This document shows, piece by piece, positions 37,138 to 48,888 of a DNA stretch of 64,000 bases. Position 1 is the stretch's first letter. Every line of letters begins with the position of its first letter. The position numbers and the translations under genes are program-made. This stretch comes from an uncultured Candidatus Pelagibacter sp. (lineage in GTDB: Bacteria; Pseudomonadota; Alphaproteobacteria; Pelagibacterales; Pelagibacteraceae). The notes beneath the pieces were generated by a model. That model ran no database searches, was not told where the DNA came from, and saw only the letters and a program-made list of their open reading frames with translations. Location of the stretch: the NCBI GenBank assembly GCA_905620465.1, contig CAJQTO010000020.1, positions 6,275 to 70,274 of the forward strand. Direction: 5' to 3'.

Positions 37138-38160
37138 TTAAAGCGAAGCTTTAACCTTTGCAGCAACATCTACAGGTATCCATTTTGTCCAAGCGCTAGA
37201 TCCTTGTAAAAAGTTTTTAGCAGTTGCTTCAAGATCACCATCCGCAGTCATATAGAAACCAAGTGCCTTATTAACTTCAGCTGTTGGAACTGAATACTTT
37301 TTAATAAAATCAATGATTGGTTTGTTTGCAGGATCGTTTGCATATTTAGTTGTTGCAGATTTTGTTAAAGACATATCTACGTAAGCAGAAGCACATGTAT
37401 CCTTATATACATCTGGACCATTTGCTTTAATGTCTTCTACCACTAACATCATTTTAGTCCAACAAGCATTGTCGTATGCAGGCTCTTTAAGTTGAACTAA
37501 ATCTACTTTGCCCATCAAACCTGTCGGTGTCCAATAATATGTAAATACTGGTTTTCCTTTTTTAAATCCACCAGCAATCGCAGCATCTAATGCTCCACCA
37601 GAACCTGGATCAAAGTTAGTATAGAATTTATCTAAACCATAAACTTTGTGTTTCACCATATTAATAGTGTAGCAAGTCCATCCTGAAATACAGCTTGTCA
37701 TTCTACCTTTTCCAGGAGCTTCCGGATCCGCAAATAGTTTTGCTATCTCAGGCTTCATCATATCTTCTACAGTTTTTAGATTATATTTATCTGAAGTTGC
37801 TTTATCAACATAGAACCCTTGAGTAGAAGAGGGAGTGTTAACTCCAAGTTCAACAATTTGTCCTTTTGTAACTGCTTCTTCGTGCATTTGAACAATATTA
37901 TCTCTCCAAACTTCAGTAATAATATCTAATTGACCATCGTAGTGAGCAGCCATAATAGGCGTTGTGCTTCCTTTTGTTATTTCAACTTCACAACCATATC
38001 CATTTTTAAGAATATAACTGACTATAGCCGTATGAACATTGGCGCTATCCCAATCAAAATCTCCCAAGTGAACTTTACAAGCTGCATTCGCACTAGTTCC
38101 CACTAATGACATTGCAGATATAAAGAACGCTGAAAGGATTAATCTTTTTAAAAACTTCAT
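37138..38160 (-). CDS. proX: Glycine betaine/proline-type ABC substrate-binding protein
   Basis: Signal peptide, DWDSA, GYGC, EVW, C.SGWTC, YYWTPT; RBS AGGGAGAAA. Confidence 0.88.
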   Translation of the reverse strand: MKFLKRLILSAFFISAMSLVGTSANAACKVHLGDFDWDSANVHTAIVSYILKNGYGCEVEITKGSTTPIMAAHYDGQLDIITEVWRDNIVQMHEEAVTKGQIVELGVNTPSSTQGFYVDKATSDKYNLKTVEDMMKPEIAKLFADPEAPGKGRMTSCISGWTCYTINMVKHKVYGLDKFYTNFDPGSGGALDAAIAGGFKKGKPVFTYYWTPTGLMGKVDLVQLKEPAYDNACWTKMMLVVEDIKANGPDVYKDTCASAYVDMSLTKSATTKYANDPANKPIIDFIKKYSVPTAEVNKALGFYMTADGDLEATAKNFLQGSSAWTKWIPVDVAAKVKASL

Positions 38161-38268
38161 ATTTTTTCTCCCTTAATGTTAAGTTTTAATGAATGTAGTT
38201 AATAATGTATGGGGTTTAAATTCAAGCATCTATTTTTTTTTTAATACAACCATAAAGTGCATTGAAAA

Positions 38269-39420
38269 GTGTTTAAAAGTAAACAATCATTAAAAATGTT
38301 CAATATTTTAAAAATTGAAAAAAATAAAAATAACCTTCATGTAAAGTGGAGCGATGGAAAAGAGAGTAGTTTTAATTACTTATGGTTAAGAGATAATTGT
38401 CCAACAGCTCATGATAAAGATTCAAATCATAGAATGTTTAATATTCTTGAAGTTTCAAAAAATTTAAATGCTAAAGAATTTAAAATAAATGAAGAGGGTA
38501 AACTAGTAATAGAATGGAGTGAAGGAAATCATACTAGCTATTATGATCCAAAATGGCTTAAAGAAAATTGTTATACATTAAAAAGTAAACAAAAATATAT
38601 TTCACCTTATCAATTATGGAATAGTTCTTTAGAAAAAAATTTAGATTTAATAAGTATTGATCATGAGGAAATTCTAAATAGTGAAGAAGGGTTAATTAAA
38701 TGGCTTGAGCTTTTGCATTACAAAGGAATTGCAATTATAAAAAATACCCCAGTTGAAAAAGAGTCAGCATTTCCAGTCTTAAATAGAATTAGTCATACTA
38801 GACAAACTTTTTTTAATACACCTTTTGAAGTTATTAATGTTCCAAAACCCAATAATTCTGCTTACACAGCACATGCTTTAAAAAATCATATGGATTTACC
38901 TTGGTTTGAAACACCTCCAGGTTATCAATTTTTACATTGTTTGATTAATTCTGCAAAAGGAGGAGATTCCTCAGCTGTAGATGGATTTGCTGTAGCTAAT
39001 TATTTAAGAAAGAATGAAAAAGAAATTTTTGATACCTTGATAAATATTCCACTTAAATTTAGAGATAAGGACTATACGCAAGAATCAATTAGAAGTTTTT
39101 ATGGTACTGCAATTTCTTTAACTAAAGATGAAGATTATAACGATATAAGATTTAGTGTTGCTACTATGGATACATTAGATTGCCACCCTGATATTATGGA
39201 TAAAGTTTACAAAGCTCATCATAGATTTGGAAACCTTTTGCATGATGATAAATTTCAAATTAAATTCAGATTAGAGCCTGGGGATATTTTTTCATTTAAT
39301 AATAGAAGAGTTCTTCATGGAAGAACAGCTTTTGATCCAAATTCTGGTCACAGACAATTACAAGGGTATTATATGGATAGGGATGAAATTTTAGGAAAAT
39401 TAAATTTTTTAAAAAAATAA
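38269..39420 (+). CDS. Gamma-butyrobetaine dioxygenase/TmpA-like Fe/2OG dioxygenase
   Basis: WLRDNC N-terminal domain, AYT..L.NHMDLP (HxD), VDGF, NNRRVLHGR, LQGYY. Confidence 0.88.
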   Translation: MFKSKQSLKMFNILKIEKNKNNLHVKWSDGKESSFNYLWLRDNCPTAHDKDSNHRMFNILEVSKNLNAKEFKINEEGKLVIEWSEGNHTSYYDPKWLKENCYTLKSKQKYISPYQLWNSSLEKNLDLISIDHEEILNSEEGLIKWLELLHYKGIAIIKNTPVEKESAFPVLNRISHTRQTFFNTPFEVINVPKPNNSAYTAHALKNHMDLPWFETPPGYQFLHCLINSAKGGDSSAVDGFAVANYLRKNEKEIFDTLINIPLKFRDKDYTQESIRSFYGTAISLTKDEDYNDIRFSVATMDTLDCHPDIMDKVYKAHHRFGNLLHDDKFQIKFRLEPGDIFSFNNRRVLHGRTAFDPNSGHRQLQGYYMDRDEILGKLNFLKK

Positions 39421-39422
39421 AC

Positions 39423-40070
39423 TTATATAATTTCAAAAATTAAATTTTTTTCTTTGTATTTTTTTTTAAAACTCTTATTTTTTGCTGTATAAAAGTAAAT
39501 AGGTTTTTTTATAATATTTATTTTTTTTTTAAGTAGAAACTTTTTTTCCATAACAAGTATTTTGGCATATGGTAACTTACTTTTTTGTATAATTTTATTT
39601 ACCCTAGTTGTTGAAGCAAAGATTATACCTAAGTTTAATTTCTTCTTTAATCTATATAATTTTTTTATATTTTGCTCATTAAATGAAGTTATACTGAAAG
39701 ACTTTAATTTTTTTGTTTGATTAATTAATTTAATTAAATTATTTTTTGAAAAACAAGATTTAATTTCTAGCATTAAATAATTTTTATTTTTTGAAATTTT
39801 AATTAATTCTTTGAGCTCTGGTACATAATAGCTAAACTTCTTGGCTATTATGTTAATTTCATTAAATGTAAGGTTTTTTATGTATTTGTTTGATTTAAAT
39901 TTTTTTTTTAAATTAAAGTCATGAAAACATATTATTTTATCATCTCTGGTAACATGTAAATCTGTCTCGATGCCAAAATTTCTTTTAAAACAGTATTTAA
40001 AAGCCTGAAGAGTATTTTCTTTAAATTTTTTTTTTGCTAATCCTCTATGTATTAAATTATGAGGCATCAA
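39423..40070 (-). CDS. Glycerophosphodiester phosphodiesterase family protein
   Basis: IHRG, ENTL.AF, GIETDL..TRD, CFHD, LEIK. Confidence 0.85.
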   Translation of the reverse strand: MMPHNLIHRGLAKKKFKENTLQAFKYCFKRNFGIETDLHVTRDDKIICFHDFNLKKKFKSNKYIKNLTFNEINIIAKKFSYYVPELKELIKISKNKNYLMLEIKSCFSKNNLIKLINQTKKLKSFSITSFNEQNIKKLYRLKKKLNLGIIFASTTRVNKIIQKSKLPYAKILVMEKKFLLKKKINIIKKPIYFYTAKNKSFKKKYKEKNLIFEII

Positions 40071-40082
40071 GTGATATTATTT

Positions 40083-41513
40083 TTACTTCCATCCGGTTAT
40101 TGTCTTAACTTCAAGGTATTCTTCTATACCCCAAGTTCCACCTTCACGTCCATTGCCTGACTGTCTGAATCCGCCAAAAGGAGTTCCAGGATCAGCAGCA
40201 TTACCGTTTATATAAACGCAACCTGACCTTAATTTTTTTGCAACCCTATGTGCTCTTTTTTTATTTTCAGTTTGTAAATAGTTTCCAAGACCATATTCGG
40301 TACTATTAGCAATTTCTATTGCCTCATCTTCTGTTTCAAATGCAATTATAGACAGAACAGGTCCAAAAATTTCTTTTTTTGCTATCTCCATATCACTTGT
40401 AACATTTGTAAAAATTGTAGGTTTAATAAAATAGCCTTTACTCAAATTCTTTGGTAGGTCGGGTCCTCCTGCTGCTAATGTAGCTCCTTCTTTAATTCCA
40501 CTTTCGATAAGATTAATAATTTTATCATATTGTATTTTTGAAACTACAGGACCTATATGATCACCTTTCTTTGAAGCTAAATCGACATTTATCAGGTTTG
40601 CTTCTTCTACTGCTTCTTTAATAGCCCTCTTATAAATAGATTTTTCAACCAACATTCTCGTTGGTGCATCACAGGATTGACCGGAGTTGCTCATAACATT
40701 TCTAATCCCATCTCTCACTGCATTAGGGTAAGAATCGGCAAAAACAATATTTCCACCTTTTCCACCAAGTTCTAAACAAACTCTTTTAATTGTATCTGCT
40801 GCATTTTTTGAAATCAATTTTCCAGCCCTTGTTGATCCTGTGAACGAAACTAAATCAATATCAGGGTGACTAGATATTTGTGTTCCAACACCAGCCCCAT
40901 CTCCATTTACTAGATTAAAAACTCCAGAAGGAAAGCCTGCTTCATCTATCATTTCAGCAAATAACATTGCAGAGAGAGGTGCTATCTCAGAAGGTTTAAG
41001 TATCATTGTACATCCTGTAGCTAATGCAGGTATTACTTTTAGTGCTATTTGATTGATTGGCCAATTCCATGGAGTAATTAATCCACATACTCCTATTGGT
41101 TCATAGCTTATGTGGTTATTTGATTTTGAGTCAAAATGTTCTTCAAAATTGAAATCTTTTATTCTTAAAATGAAATCTTCTAAATGAGATTGACCAGAAG
41201 CAGTTTGAGCTGAAGATGACCAATCAATAGGAGCGCCCATTTCAATTGAAATAGCATTACTCATTTCGTCAAATCTTTTTTTATATATTCTAAGTAAGTT
41301 TTCTAAAAGTATTATTCTTTCTTCTTTTGAAGTTTCTTTCCATTTAATAAAAGCATTTTTAGCTACTTTTATTGCTGCATTAGTATCCTCTTCATAGCCC
41401 AAAGAGATTGTAGCAAAAGGTTCTTCATTTGAAGGATTGATAACATGAAACTCATTTATTTTTGATGGTTTGACCCACTTTCCATTAATATAAAATTTTC
41501 TTTTATCAAGCAT
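40083..41513 (-). CDS. Aldehyde dehydrogenase
   Basis: ITPWNWP, LKPSE, FTGS, LELGGK, NSGQSC, EIFGPV. Confidence 0.95.
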   Translation of the reverse strand: MLDKRKFYINGKWVKPSKINEFHVINPSNEEPFATISLGYEEDTNAAIKVAKNAFIKWKETSKEERIILLENLLRIYKKRFDEMSNAISIEMGAPIDWSSSAQTASGQSHLEDFILRIKDFNFEEHFDSKSNNHISYEPIGVCGLITPWNWPINQIALKVIPALATGCTMILKPSEIAPLSAMLFAEMIDEAGFPSGVFNLVNGDGAGVGTQISSHPDIDLVSFTGSTRAGKLISKNAADTIKRVCLELGGKGGNIVFADSYPNAVRDGIRNVMSNSGQSCDAPTRMLVEKSIYKRAIKEAVEEANLINVDLASKKGDHIGPVVSKIQYDKIINLIESGIKEGATLAAGGPDLPKNLSKGYFIKPTIFTNVTSDMEIAKKEIFGPVLSIIAFETEDEAIEIANSTEYGLGNYLQTENKKRAHRVAKKLRSGCVYINGNAADPGTPFGGFRQSGNGREGGTWGIEEYLEVKTITGWK

Positions 41514-41575
41514 AAAATATTATTAACATATTAATCAAATTTCATATCCTTTTTCTTTAGGCTTGCTTTTTCATT

Positions 41576-42436
41576 TTAATTTATTTTTTTTGTATTTTTA
41601 AACAATATTAAACTAACACCAAAGACTATAATTGCTCCACCAAGAAATACTTGTTTTGAAGGCTCTTCACCAAGTAAAATTATAGCTGTTATAAGACCAG
41701 TGATAGGAAGCAAAAGCATAATGGGCATTACTTTATTTACCGGGTATTTACTTAAAACAAAATACCATGCACCATAAGCTATTGGCTGCATAATAAGTCC
41801 AAGAAAAGCTAAGGTTAACCAACTATTAAGATTTGCTGATAAAATATAATTTAAAGGATTGCCATCAAAGACCATTGAAATAATTAATAACATTGGTCCA
41901 GAAAACACACAAAGCCAAGTCATAAGTGCAAAGGCACCAATTTTTTTACCAAGAGTTTTTGCCATAACAGCTCCAAGAGACCATGTAAACGCACCAGATA
42001 ATGTCAAAAAAATTCCAAGGTATTGACCTTCAAGATTGGGTGCTCCTGTTAAAATTATTACACCGATAAAACTAATCGTTAAAGCGATTATGTTTTTTAT
42101 AGTTGGTATCTCTTTTAATAAAAAAAATGCTATTAATATCCCAAAAGGAGTTTCTAATTGCACAAGAAGAACAGCTGATGATGCATCAATAAGATCTAAA
42201 CCAGAATAAGTTAATGCATACTGCAATGAACTTCCAATGAATGAAACTTTAAATATATCTAATAAAAGTCCTTTGGGTATAGGAAACCACCAAACAAGAA
42301 TTAGTGCAGGTATAGTAAAACGCAAACCCATCAGCAAAAATGGTGGAAAATATTCCATAGCAGGCTTTGCTATAACAAAACCAAACCCTAATAATATAGG
42401 AACTGTTAATGCAATAAATATGTCTCTGGTTTTCAA
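41576..42436 (-). CDS. EamA/DMT family transporter
   Basis: Ten-TM, two-repeat pattern (PPFLL.GLRF, LLKE, LLGE). Confidence 0.85.
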   Translation of the reverse strand: MKTRDIFIALTVPILLGFGFVIAKPAMEYFPPFLLMGLRFTIPALILVWWFPIPKGLLLDIFKVSFIGSSLQYALTYSGLDLIDASSAVLLVQLETPFGILIAFFLLKEIPTIKNIIALTISFIGVIILTGAPNLEGQYLGIFLTLSGAFTWSLGAVMAKTLGKKIGAFALMTWLCVFSGPMLLIISMVFDGNPLNYILSANLNSWLTLAFLGLIMQPIAYGAWYFVLSKYPVNKVMPIMLLLPITGLITAIILLGEEPSKQVFLGGAIIVFGVSLILFKNTKKIN

Positions 42437-42490
42437 TTTTATGCTTTCAATTTCAAGTTTATGATATAATTTTTATTTTAAAATATATTT

Positions 42491-42985
42491 ATGAAAAAAA
42501 TTATCAAATACTCTTTATATGGTTTAATCTATTTATCTATTATATTTGTTTTAGCCTTGTTTTTTATTTCTACTGCTAAAGCAGACTTAATTAAACCTAA
42601 TAACAGTATAGAACCATTTCAAGTTATTAAAATTCAACTAAATAGTCTTAAGAAAAATGACAAACCATATGAAGATAGTGGAATTCTCCAAAACTGGAAG
42701 TTTGCCCATCCAAATAATCAAAAAAACACTGGTCCATTAAATAGATTTATAAGAATGCTTAAAGGTGATTCTTATAAAATGCTTTTAAACCACATAGAAC
42801 ATAAAATAATTGAAGTTGAATTGTCCAATTTTACTGCTTCATATGAAGTGACTGTTCTAGATGAAAATAAATCTTACTACATATTTAGATGGCAGGTTGA
42901 AAAATACACAAAACACGGCATTTTAAAAGACTGTTGGCTCACCACTATGGTCTCTACTCCTATCCCTTTAGGATCATCTATATAA
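42491..42985 (+). CDS. Exported hypothetical protein (DUF4864-like)
   Basis: Signal peptide; VI..QL..L, W.FAHP.N, GP..RF..M, Y..LL, CWLT..V. Confidence 0.6.
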   Translation: MKKIIKYSLYGLIYLSIIFVLALFFISTAKADLIKPNNSIEPFQVIKIQLNSLKKNDKPYEDSGILQNWKFAHPNNQKNTGPLNRFIRMLKGDSYKMLLNHIEHKIIEVELSNFTASYEVTVLDENKSYYIFRWQVEKYTKHGILKDCWLTTMVSTPIPLGSSI

Positions 42986-43044
42986 TTTAACAGCCAAACG
43001 AATTTTGTTTCGTAACTAAATAAAATTTAGTAGTAATCGCATTA

Positions 43045-45477
43045 ATGAAATCTAAAGCAAAAGTTGTTGTTGTCGGTGGCGGTGTAGTAGGGGTTAGTGT
43101 TCTTTATCATCTGGCAAAAAAGGGTTGGTCAGATGTTGTTCTTGTCGAAAGAAAAGAATTAACTTCAGGTTCCACATGGCATGCCGCAGGGTTATTGCCA
43201 TTATTCAATATGAGTTATTCTGTTGGTCAACTTCACAAATATGCAGTTGATTTTTATAAAAAATTAGAAGAAGAAACAGGACAAAATGTTGGTTTTAGTG
43301 TTGTGTCAAATATTCGTTTAGCAAGTACGAAAGATAGAATGGATGAGTATCATCAGTATGCTGGTGTAGCACAAACTATAGGTGTTGATGTAAAATTTTT
43401 AACTCCAGATCAAGTAAAAGAAATTTGGCCCTTATGTCATACAGATGATTTAGTTGGAGCGATCCAACATCCAGAAGATGGATATATTCAACCTGCTGAT
43501 TTAACACAAGCAATGGCTACAGGCGCAAGAAATATGGGTGCAGAGATTTATAGAAATACAGCTGTAGTTGGAATTAAACAAACTAAAGATGGATGGATTG
43601 TTGAAACAGACAAAGGAACAATTGAGTGTGAACATGTAATCTCATGTTCAGGAAACTTTGCGAGACAAACTGGAAAAATGGTTGGTTTAGACATTCCAGT
43701 AATACCAGTTGAACATCAATACATAGTTACTGAGCCGCATCCAGATATCCTAAAAAGAAAAAAAGAAGGTTTACCAGAAATGGGAGTTTTAAGAGATAGT
43801 GATAGTAGATGGTATATGCGAGAAGAAGCCGGTGGATTAATATTAGGACCCTATGAAGACGGTGCTCCTGCATGTTATGTTGATGGACCAAGTAAAGATT
43901 CTGAATATGAATTATTTCAAGAAGATCTAGATAGACTTGCCCCACATATAGAAGGTGCCATTCATCGCGTACCTGCTTTTGGAGAAGTTGGAGTAAAAAA
44001 AGTTTATAATGGTGCGATTTGTTATACGCCCGATGGAAACCCAATAGTTGGACCAGCATGGGGATTAAAAAATTTTTGGATAAACGAAGGACATAGTTTT
44101 GGAATTACGGCAGCAGGTGGTGCCGGATGGCAACTTGCTGAATGGATAGTAGATGGTGAACCAACAATCGATATGCTTGGTGTTGAACCAAGAAGATTTG
44201 GTGACTATGCAACAAAATCATTTTTAATAGAAAAAAATGAAGAAGCATACAACCATGTATTTAAAATTCATTATCCAGATGAAGAGAGAGGTGCCGCTAG
44301 AGAATTAAGAACATCACCTTGTTATGATAGAATGAAAAATCTTGGAGCAGTCTTTGGTCAAAAATTTGGTTGGGAGAGACCAAATTTTTTTGCAATAGAT
44401 GGAATGGAACAAAAAGATGATTGGTCTTTTAGAAGATCTAAGTGGTTCAAAGCAATAGAAAAAGAATGTAAAAATGTTAAAGAGAATGTAGGACTTTTAG
44501 ATATGACTGCATTTGCAAAATGCAGAATTAAAGGCTCAGGAGCAGAGGAATTTTTAGACTACTTAGTAGCTAATAAGCTCCCAAAAAAAATAGGAAGAAT
44601 TGGTTTGTGTCATGCCCTTAATACAAAGGGAGGTGTTCACTCTGAATTTACGATAATGAGAGAAACTGAAGATAGTTTTTATTTAGTTTCTGCGGGAGCC
44701 AACCAAAGATTAGATCACGACTGGATTCATAAATGGATGCCAAAAGATGGAAGTGTTCAATTTGAAAATTTAACTAATAGCATGGGTGTATTGGTGGTAT
44801 CAGGACCAAAAGCACGAGATCTAATGACAAGAGTTTCAAAAGATGACTTTTCTAATGAAAATTTTAAATGGTTAAGTGCAAAAAATGTAAATATTGGAAA
44901 TGCACCAGTAAATGCAATGAGAGTAAACTTTGTTGGTGAACTAGGATGGGAACTACATCACTCAATTGAATATCAAAACCATATATTTGATAAATTAATG
45001 GAAGCAGGTAAAGACCTAGGTATTAAACCTTATGGAATTAGAGCAATGAACAGTTTAAGGCTTGAAAAATCTTATAAACTTGTTGGAACAGAATTATCAA
45101 TTGAATATTCACCATATGAGTCTGGTTTAGATAGATTTATTCATCCTAATAAAGGTAATTTCATTGGTTTACAGGAGCTTAATAAATGGAGAGAAAAAGG
45201 CTTTAATAATAAATTAGTGACTATGGAAATTCACAATGTAGATGATGCTGATGTTCTAGGAAATAATCCAATTTATGATAATGGAAAAGTTGTAGGAAGA
45301 GCCACAGGTGGAGATTTTGGTTTTAGACTTGGTAAATCAATAGCTTTAGGAATGGTAAAACCAAATGTTGCGACAACTGGTCAAAAATTGAAAATTGATA
45401 TTCTTGGTAAAATGTATGATTGTACAATTTTAGAGGAAAGTCCTTACGATCCTGAAAACAATTTATTGAGAGCATAA
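43045..45477 (+). CDS. Dimethylglycine/sarcosine dehydrogenase-like (FAD oxidoreductase plus GcvT domain)
   Basis: [48 protein letters not shown]; followed by ETF genes. Confidence 0.9.
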   Translation: MKSKAKVVVVGGGVVGVSVLYHLAKKGWSDVVLVERKELTSGSTWHAAGLLPLFNMSYSVGQLHKYAVDFYKKLEEETGQNVGFSVVSNIRLASTKDRMDEYHQYAGVAQTIGVDVKFLTPDQVKEIWPLCHTDDLVGAIQHPEDGYIQPADLTQAMATGARNMGAEIYRNTAVVGIKQTKDGWIVETDKGTIECEHVISCSGNFARQTGKMVGLDIPVIPVEHQYIVTEPHPDILKRKKEGLPEMGVLRDSDSRWYMREEAGGLILGPYEDGAPACYVDGPSKDSEYELFQEDLDRLAPHIEGAIHRVPAFGEVGVKKVYNGAICYTPDGNPIVGPAWGLKNFWINEGHSFGITAAGGAGWQLAEWIVDGEPTIDMLGVEPRRFGDYATKSFLIEKNEEAYNHVFKIHYPDEERGAARELRTSPCYDRMKNLGAVFGQKFGWERPNFFAIDGMEQKDDWSFRRSKWFKAIEKECKNVKENVGLLDMTAFAKCRIKGSGAEEFLDYLVANKLPKKIGRIGLCHALNTKGGVHSEFTIMRETEDSFYLVSAGANQRLDHDWIHKWMPKDGSVQFENLTNSMGVLVVSGPKARDLMTRVSKDDFSNENFKWLSAKNVNIGNAPVNAMRVNFVGELGWELHHSIEYQNHIFDKLMEAGKDLGIKPYGIRAMNSLRLEKSYKLVGTELSIEYSPYESGLDRFIHPNKGNFIGLQELNKWREKGFNNKLVTMEIHNVDDADVLGNNPIYDNGKVVGRATGGDFGFRLGKSIALGMVKPNVATTGQKLKIDILGKMYDCTILEESPYDPENNLLRA

Positions 45478-46226
45478 TGAAAATACTAGTCGCTGTTAAA
45501 AGAGTTATTGATTACAACGTTCAAATAAGAGTTAAAGAAGATGGATCAGGCATTGTTACGGACAATGTTAAAATGTCAACAAATCCACCAGACGATAACG
45601 CAATTGAAGAAGCGGTAAAGATTAAAGAATCTGGCAAAGCAACAGAAGTTGTTGCTGTAACTGTAGGTGAAGAGAAAGCCCAAGAAACAGTTAGAAAAGC
45701 ACTAGCTGTTGGCGCTGATAGAGGAATTCATATTAAAGCTGAGGGCATTGTAGAACCATTAGCTGTAGCAAAAATTTTACAAAAAATTATTGAAAAAGAA
45801 AAACCTGATTTAGTTTTTATGGGAAAACAAGCAATTGATGATGACTGTAATCAAACTGGTCAAATGTTAAGTGCTTTACTAAACTGGCCACAAGCAACTT
45901 TTGCATCGAAGATTGAAATTAAAGATAAGAAATTAGAAGTGATAAGAGAAATTGATGAAGGTCTAGAAACTATAGAGGTCAATCTTCCAGCAATAGTCAC
46001 TTGCGATTTAAGATTAAATGAACCACGCTACGCTTCTTTACCAAATATAATGAAAGCAAAAAAAAAACCAATAGAACAGATGAGTGCATTGGATCTGGGT
46101 GTTGATACAACTCCAAGAGTTCAACTAATTAAAGTAGAAGAACCACCAACAAGAAAAGCAGGAATTAAAGTTTCTAGTGTTGCTGAATTAGTTCAAAAAC
46201 TAAAAAATGAAGCAAAGGTTATTTAA
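45477..46226 (+). CDS. etfB: Electron transfer flavoprotein beta subunit
   Basis: [41 protein letters not shown]. Confidence 0.97.
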   Translation: MKILVAVKRVIDYNVQIRVKEDGSGIVTDNVKMSTNPPDDNAIEEAVKIKESGKATEVVAVTVGEEKAQETVRKALAVGADRGIHIKAEGIVEPLAVAKILQKIIEKEKPDLVFMGKQAIDDDCNQTGQMLSALLNWPQATFASKIEIKDKKLEVIREIDEGLETIEVNLPAIVTCDLRLNEPRYASLPNIMKAKKKPIEQMSALDLGVDTTPRVQLIKVEEPPTRKAGIKVSSVAELVQKLKNEAKVI

Positions 46227-47179
46227 TGTCAGTATTATTGATAGTAGAACACAACAATAAAGAAATAAAATCTTTTACACTTAATGCTATTACAGCTTCA
46301 TCTCAAATTGATACTGATGTTCATGCTTTATTGATTGGAAAAAACTGTTCAGACGTTGCAAAATCATTATCAGAAATATCATTAGTTAAAAAAGTATTAC
46401 ATGTTGAAGCAGATCATTATGAAAATTTTCTTGCTGAAAATTTTGCACCATTAGTTGTTAAGATTTCTAAAAATTATTCCCACGTAGTTAGTTCAGCAAA
46501 TACATTTGGGAAAAATTTGATGCCAAGAATAGCGGCTCTTTTGGATACATCACAAGTAAGTGATATTACTAAAGTTATTTCTCCAGATAGATTTCTTAGA
46601 CCAATTTATGCTGGAAACGCGTTTGCAACTGTAAAAAGCACAGATACCAAAAAATGTGTAACAATTAGACCAACTTCATTTGAACCATGTGAAGTTTCAG
46701 GAGGATCTGCACCCATAGAAAAAATAGAACCAACTGAAGAATTTACATCATCTAAATTTATTAAAAGAGAAGAAGTTAAATCAGACAGACCAGAGCTTGG
46801 GACGGCAAGAATTGTAATTTCAGGTGGTAGAGGAATGCAAAGTGGAGATAATTTTAAATTAATTTCTGATATAGCTGATAAATTAAATGCAGCAATAGGA
46901 GCTTCAAGAGCTGCAGTTGATGCAGGATATATAAGTAATGAGCATCAAGTTGGTCAAACAGGAAAAGTTGTAGTTCCAGATTTATATATTGCCGTTGGGA
47001 TATCAGGTGCAATTCAACATTTAGCTGGAATGAAAGAAAGTAAAATAATTGTTGCAATAAATAAAGATGGTGAAGCACCAATTTTTAGTGTTGCTGATTA
47101 TGGTTTAGAAGCAGACTTATTTGAGGCCCTTCCACAGTTCTTAGAGGAATTGAATAAATTAAATACTATACAAAAATAA
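46226..47179 (+). CDS. etfA: Electron transfer flavoprotein alpha subunit
   Basis: RPIYAGN, SGGRG, GASRAAVDAG, QVGQTGK, GISGAIQH. Confidence 0.97.
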   Translation: MSVLLIVEHNNKEIKSFTLNAITASSQIDTDVHALLIGKNCSDVAKSLSEISLVKKVLHVEADHYENFLAENFAPLVVKISKNYSHVVSSANTFGKNLMPRIAALLDTSQVSDITKVISPDRFLRPIYAGNAFATVKSTDTKKCVTIRPTSFEPCEVSGGSAPIEKIEPTEEFTSSKFIKREEVKSDRPELGTARIVISGGRGMQSGDNFKLISDIADKLNAAIGASRAAVDAGYISNEHQVGQTGKVVVPDLYIAVGISGAIQHLAGMKESKIIVAINKDGEAPIFSVADYGLEADLFEALPQFLEELNKLNTIQK

Positions 47180-47202
47180 CTAATACTGTAAAAAATTAAC
47201 AT

Positions 47203-48822
47203 ATGCTCAGAGAAGCAATGGATTATGATGTGGTAATCGTTGGTGGTGGTCCTTCAGGACTATCTACAGCAATTAAACTTAAGCAATTAAATCCAGAATT
47301 GAATGTTTGTTTATTAGAAAAAGCTTCAGAAATAGGTGCACACATTTTAAGTGGTAATGTTTTTGAAACACGAGCTTTAGATGAATTATTTCCTAATTGG
47401 AAAGAATTAAATGCGCCAATTAAAACTAAGGTTTCAAAAGAAAAATTTTTATTTTTAAGTAAATCTAAATCATTAAGTTGGCCAACATGGTTATTACCAT
47501 CTGTACAACAAAATCATAAAAATTACATTATTAGTCTTGCTAATTTATGTAGATGGTTGGCTGAACAAGCTGAAGCATTAGGTGTTGAAATATTCCCTGG
47601 ATTTCCTGCAAGTGAAATTTTATATAATGATGATGGTTCAGTAAAAGGTGTGGCGACTCAAGATATGGGTATAGATAAAGAGGGAAATAAAAAAGATAGT
47701 TTTGAACCAGGAATAGAATTGATTGGAAAAGTTACAGTTTTTGCAGAAGGTTGTAGAGGACATTTAGGGAAAGAGCTTATAAAGAAATTTAATTTAGATG
47801 AAGGTAAAGACCCTCAACAATATGGAATTGGCTTTAAAGAAATTTGGGAAGTTGATGAAAAAAAACATCATGAAGGAATGGTAATACATACTGTTGGCTG
47901 GCCTTTAGACAATAATACCTATGGTGGAAGCTTTATCTATCATGCAGAAAATAAGCAGATTTTTTTAGGATATGTGATTGGATTAGACTACAAAAATCCA
48001 TATCTTTCTCCTTTCGATGAATTTCAAAAATTTAAAACTCATCCATCAATTAAAAAGATAATTGAAGGTGGAAAAAGAATATCCTATGGAGCAAGAGCCC
48101 TGATTGAAGGTGGTCTACAAAGTTTACCAAAAATGTTTATGCCTGGTGCTTTATTAATTGGTTGTGATGCAGGGACTTTGAATATGCCTAAGATCAAAGG
48201 ATCACATACTGCAATGAAAAGTGGAATGATTGCAGCAGAAACTATTTTTGAAAAATTAAAAGACAATAAAGATTTATCAATTTACGAAGATAAATTTAAA
48301 AAGAGTTGGGTTTATGAGGAATTATATGCAGCAAGAAATGTTAAGCCTAGCTTTAGTTGGGGTTTAATTTTTGGAATAATATTTACAGGAATAGATCAAA
48401 TCTTATTTAGAGGAAAATTACCTTTAACACTTAATCACAAGCATGCTGATCATGAAACTTTGAAACCCGCAAATCAAATGCCAAAAATTGAATATCCAAA
48501 ACCTAATGGAGTAATTACTTTTGATAAAACAAGTTCTGTTTATCTGACAGGTACGAATCATACTGACAATCAACCTGTTCATTTAAAACTTAAAGATCCA
48601 AATTTACCAATTAACTACACTTTAGAAAAATTTGACGAACCTGCACAAAGGTATTGCCCAGCTGGCGTTTACGAGATTCACGTAGAAAATAACGTAAATA
48701 AGTTTGTAATTAACTCACAAAACTGCATTCACTGTAAGACTTGTGATATTAAAGAACCATCTCAAAACATAGAGTGGGTAACCCCTGAGGGCGGGGGTGG
48801 ACCTAAGTACGGTAATACATAG
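47203..48822 (+). CDS. ETF-ubiquinone oxidoreductase
   Basis: VGGGPSGL, GAHILSG, PKIKGSH.AMKSG, YCPAGVYE, NCIHCKTCDIK. Confidence 0.97.
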   Translation: MLREAMDYDVVIVGGGPSGLSTAIKLKQLNPELNVCLLEKASEIGAHILSGNVFETRALDELFPNWKELNAPIKTKVSKEKFLFLSKSKSLSWPTWLLPSVQQNHKNYIISLANLCRWLAEQAEALGVEIFPGFPASEILYNDDGSVKGVATQDMGIDKEGNKKDSFEPGIELIGKVTVFAEGCRGHLGKELIKKFNLDEGKDPQQYGIGFKEIWEVDEKKHHEGMVIHTVGWPLDNNTYGGSFIYHAENKQIFLGYVIGLDYKNPYLSPFDEFQKFKTHPSIKKIIEGGKRISYGARALIEGGLQSLPKMFMPGALLIGCDAGTLNMPKIKGSHTAMKSGMIAAETIFEKLKDNKDLSIYEDKFKKSWVYEELYAARNVKPSFSWGLIFGIIFTGIDQILFRGKLPLTLNHKHADHETLKPANQMPKIEYPKPNGVITFDKTSSVYLTGTNHTDNQPVHLKLKDPNLPINYTLEKFDEPAQRYCPAGVYEIHVENNVNKFVINSQNCIHCKTCDIKEPSQNIEWVTPEGGGGPKYGNT

Positions 48823-48888
48823 TACTTTTATTGATTAAAAACCCAATATGGACTAATAAATCTACATTATAAATTTAAATTATAGAAA

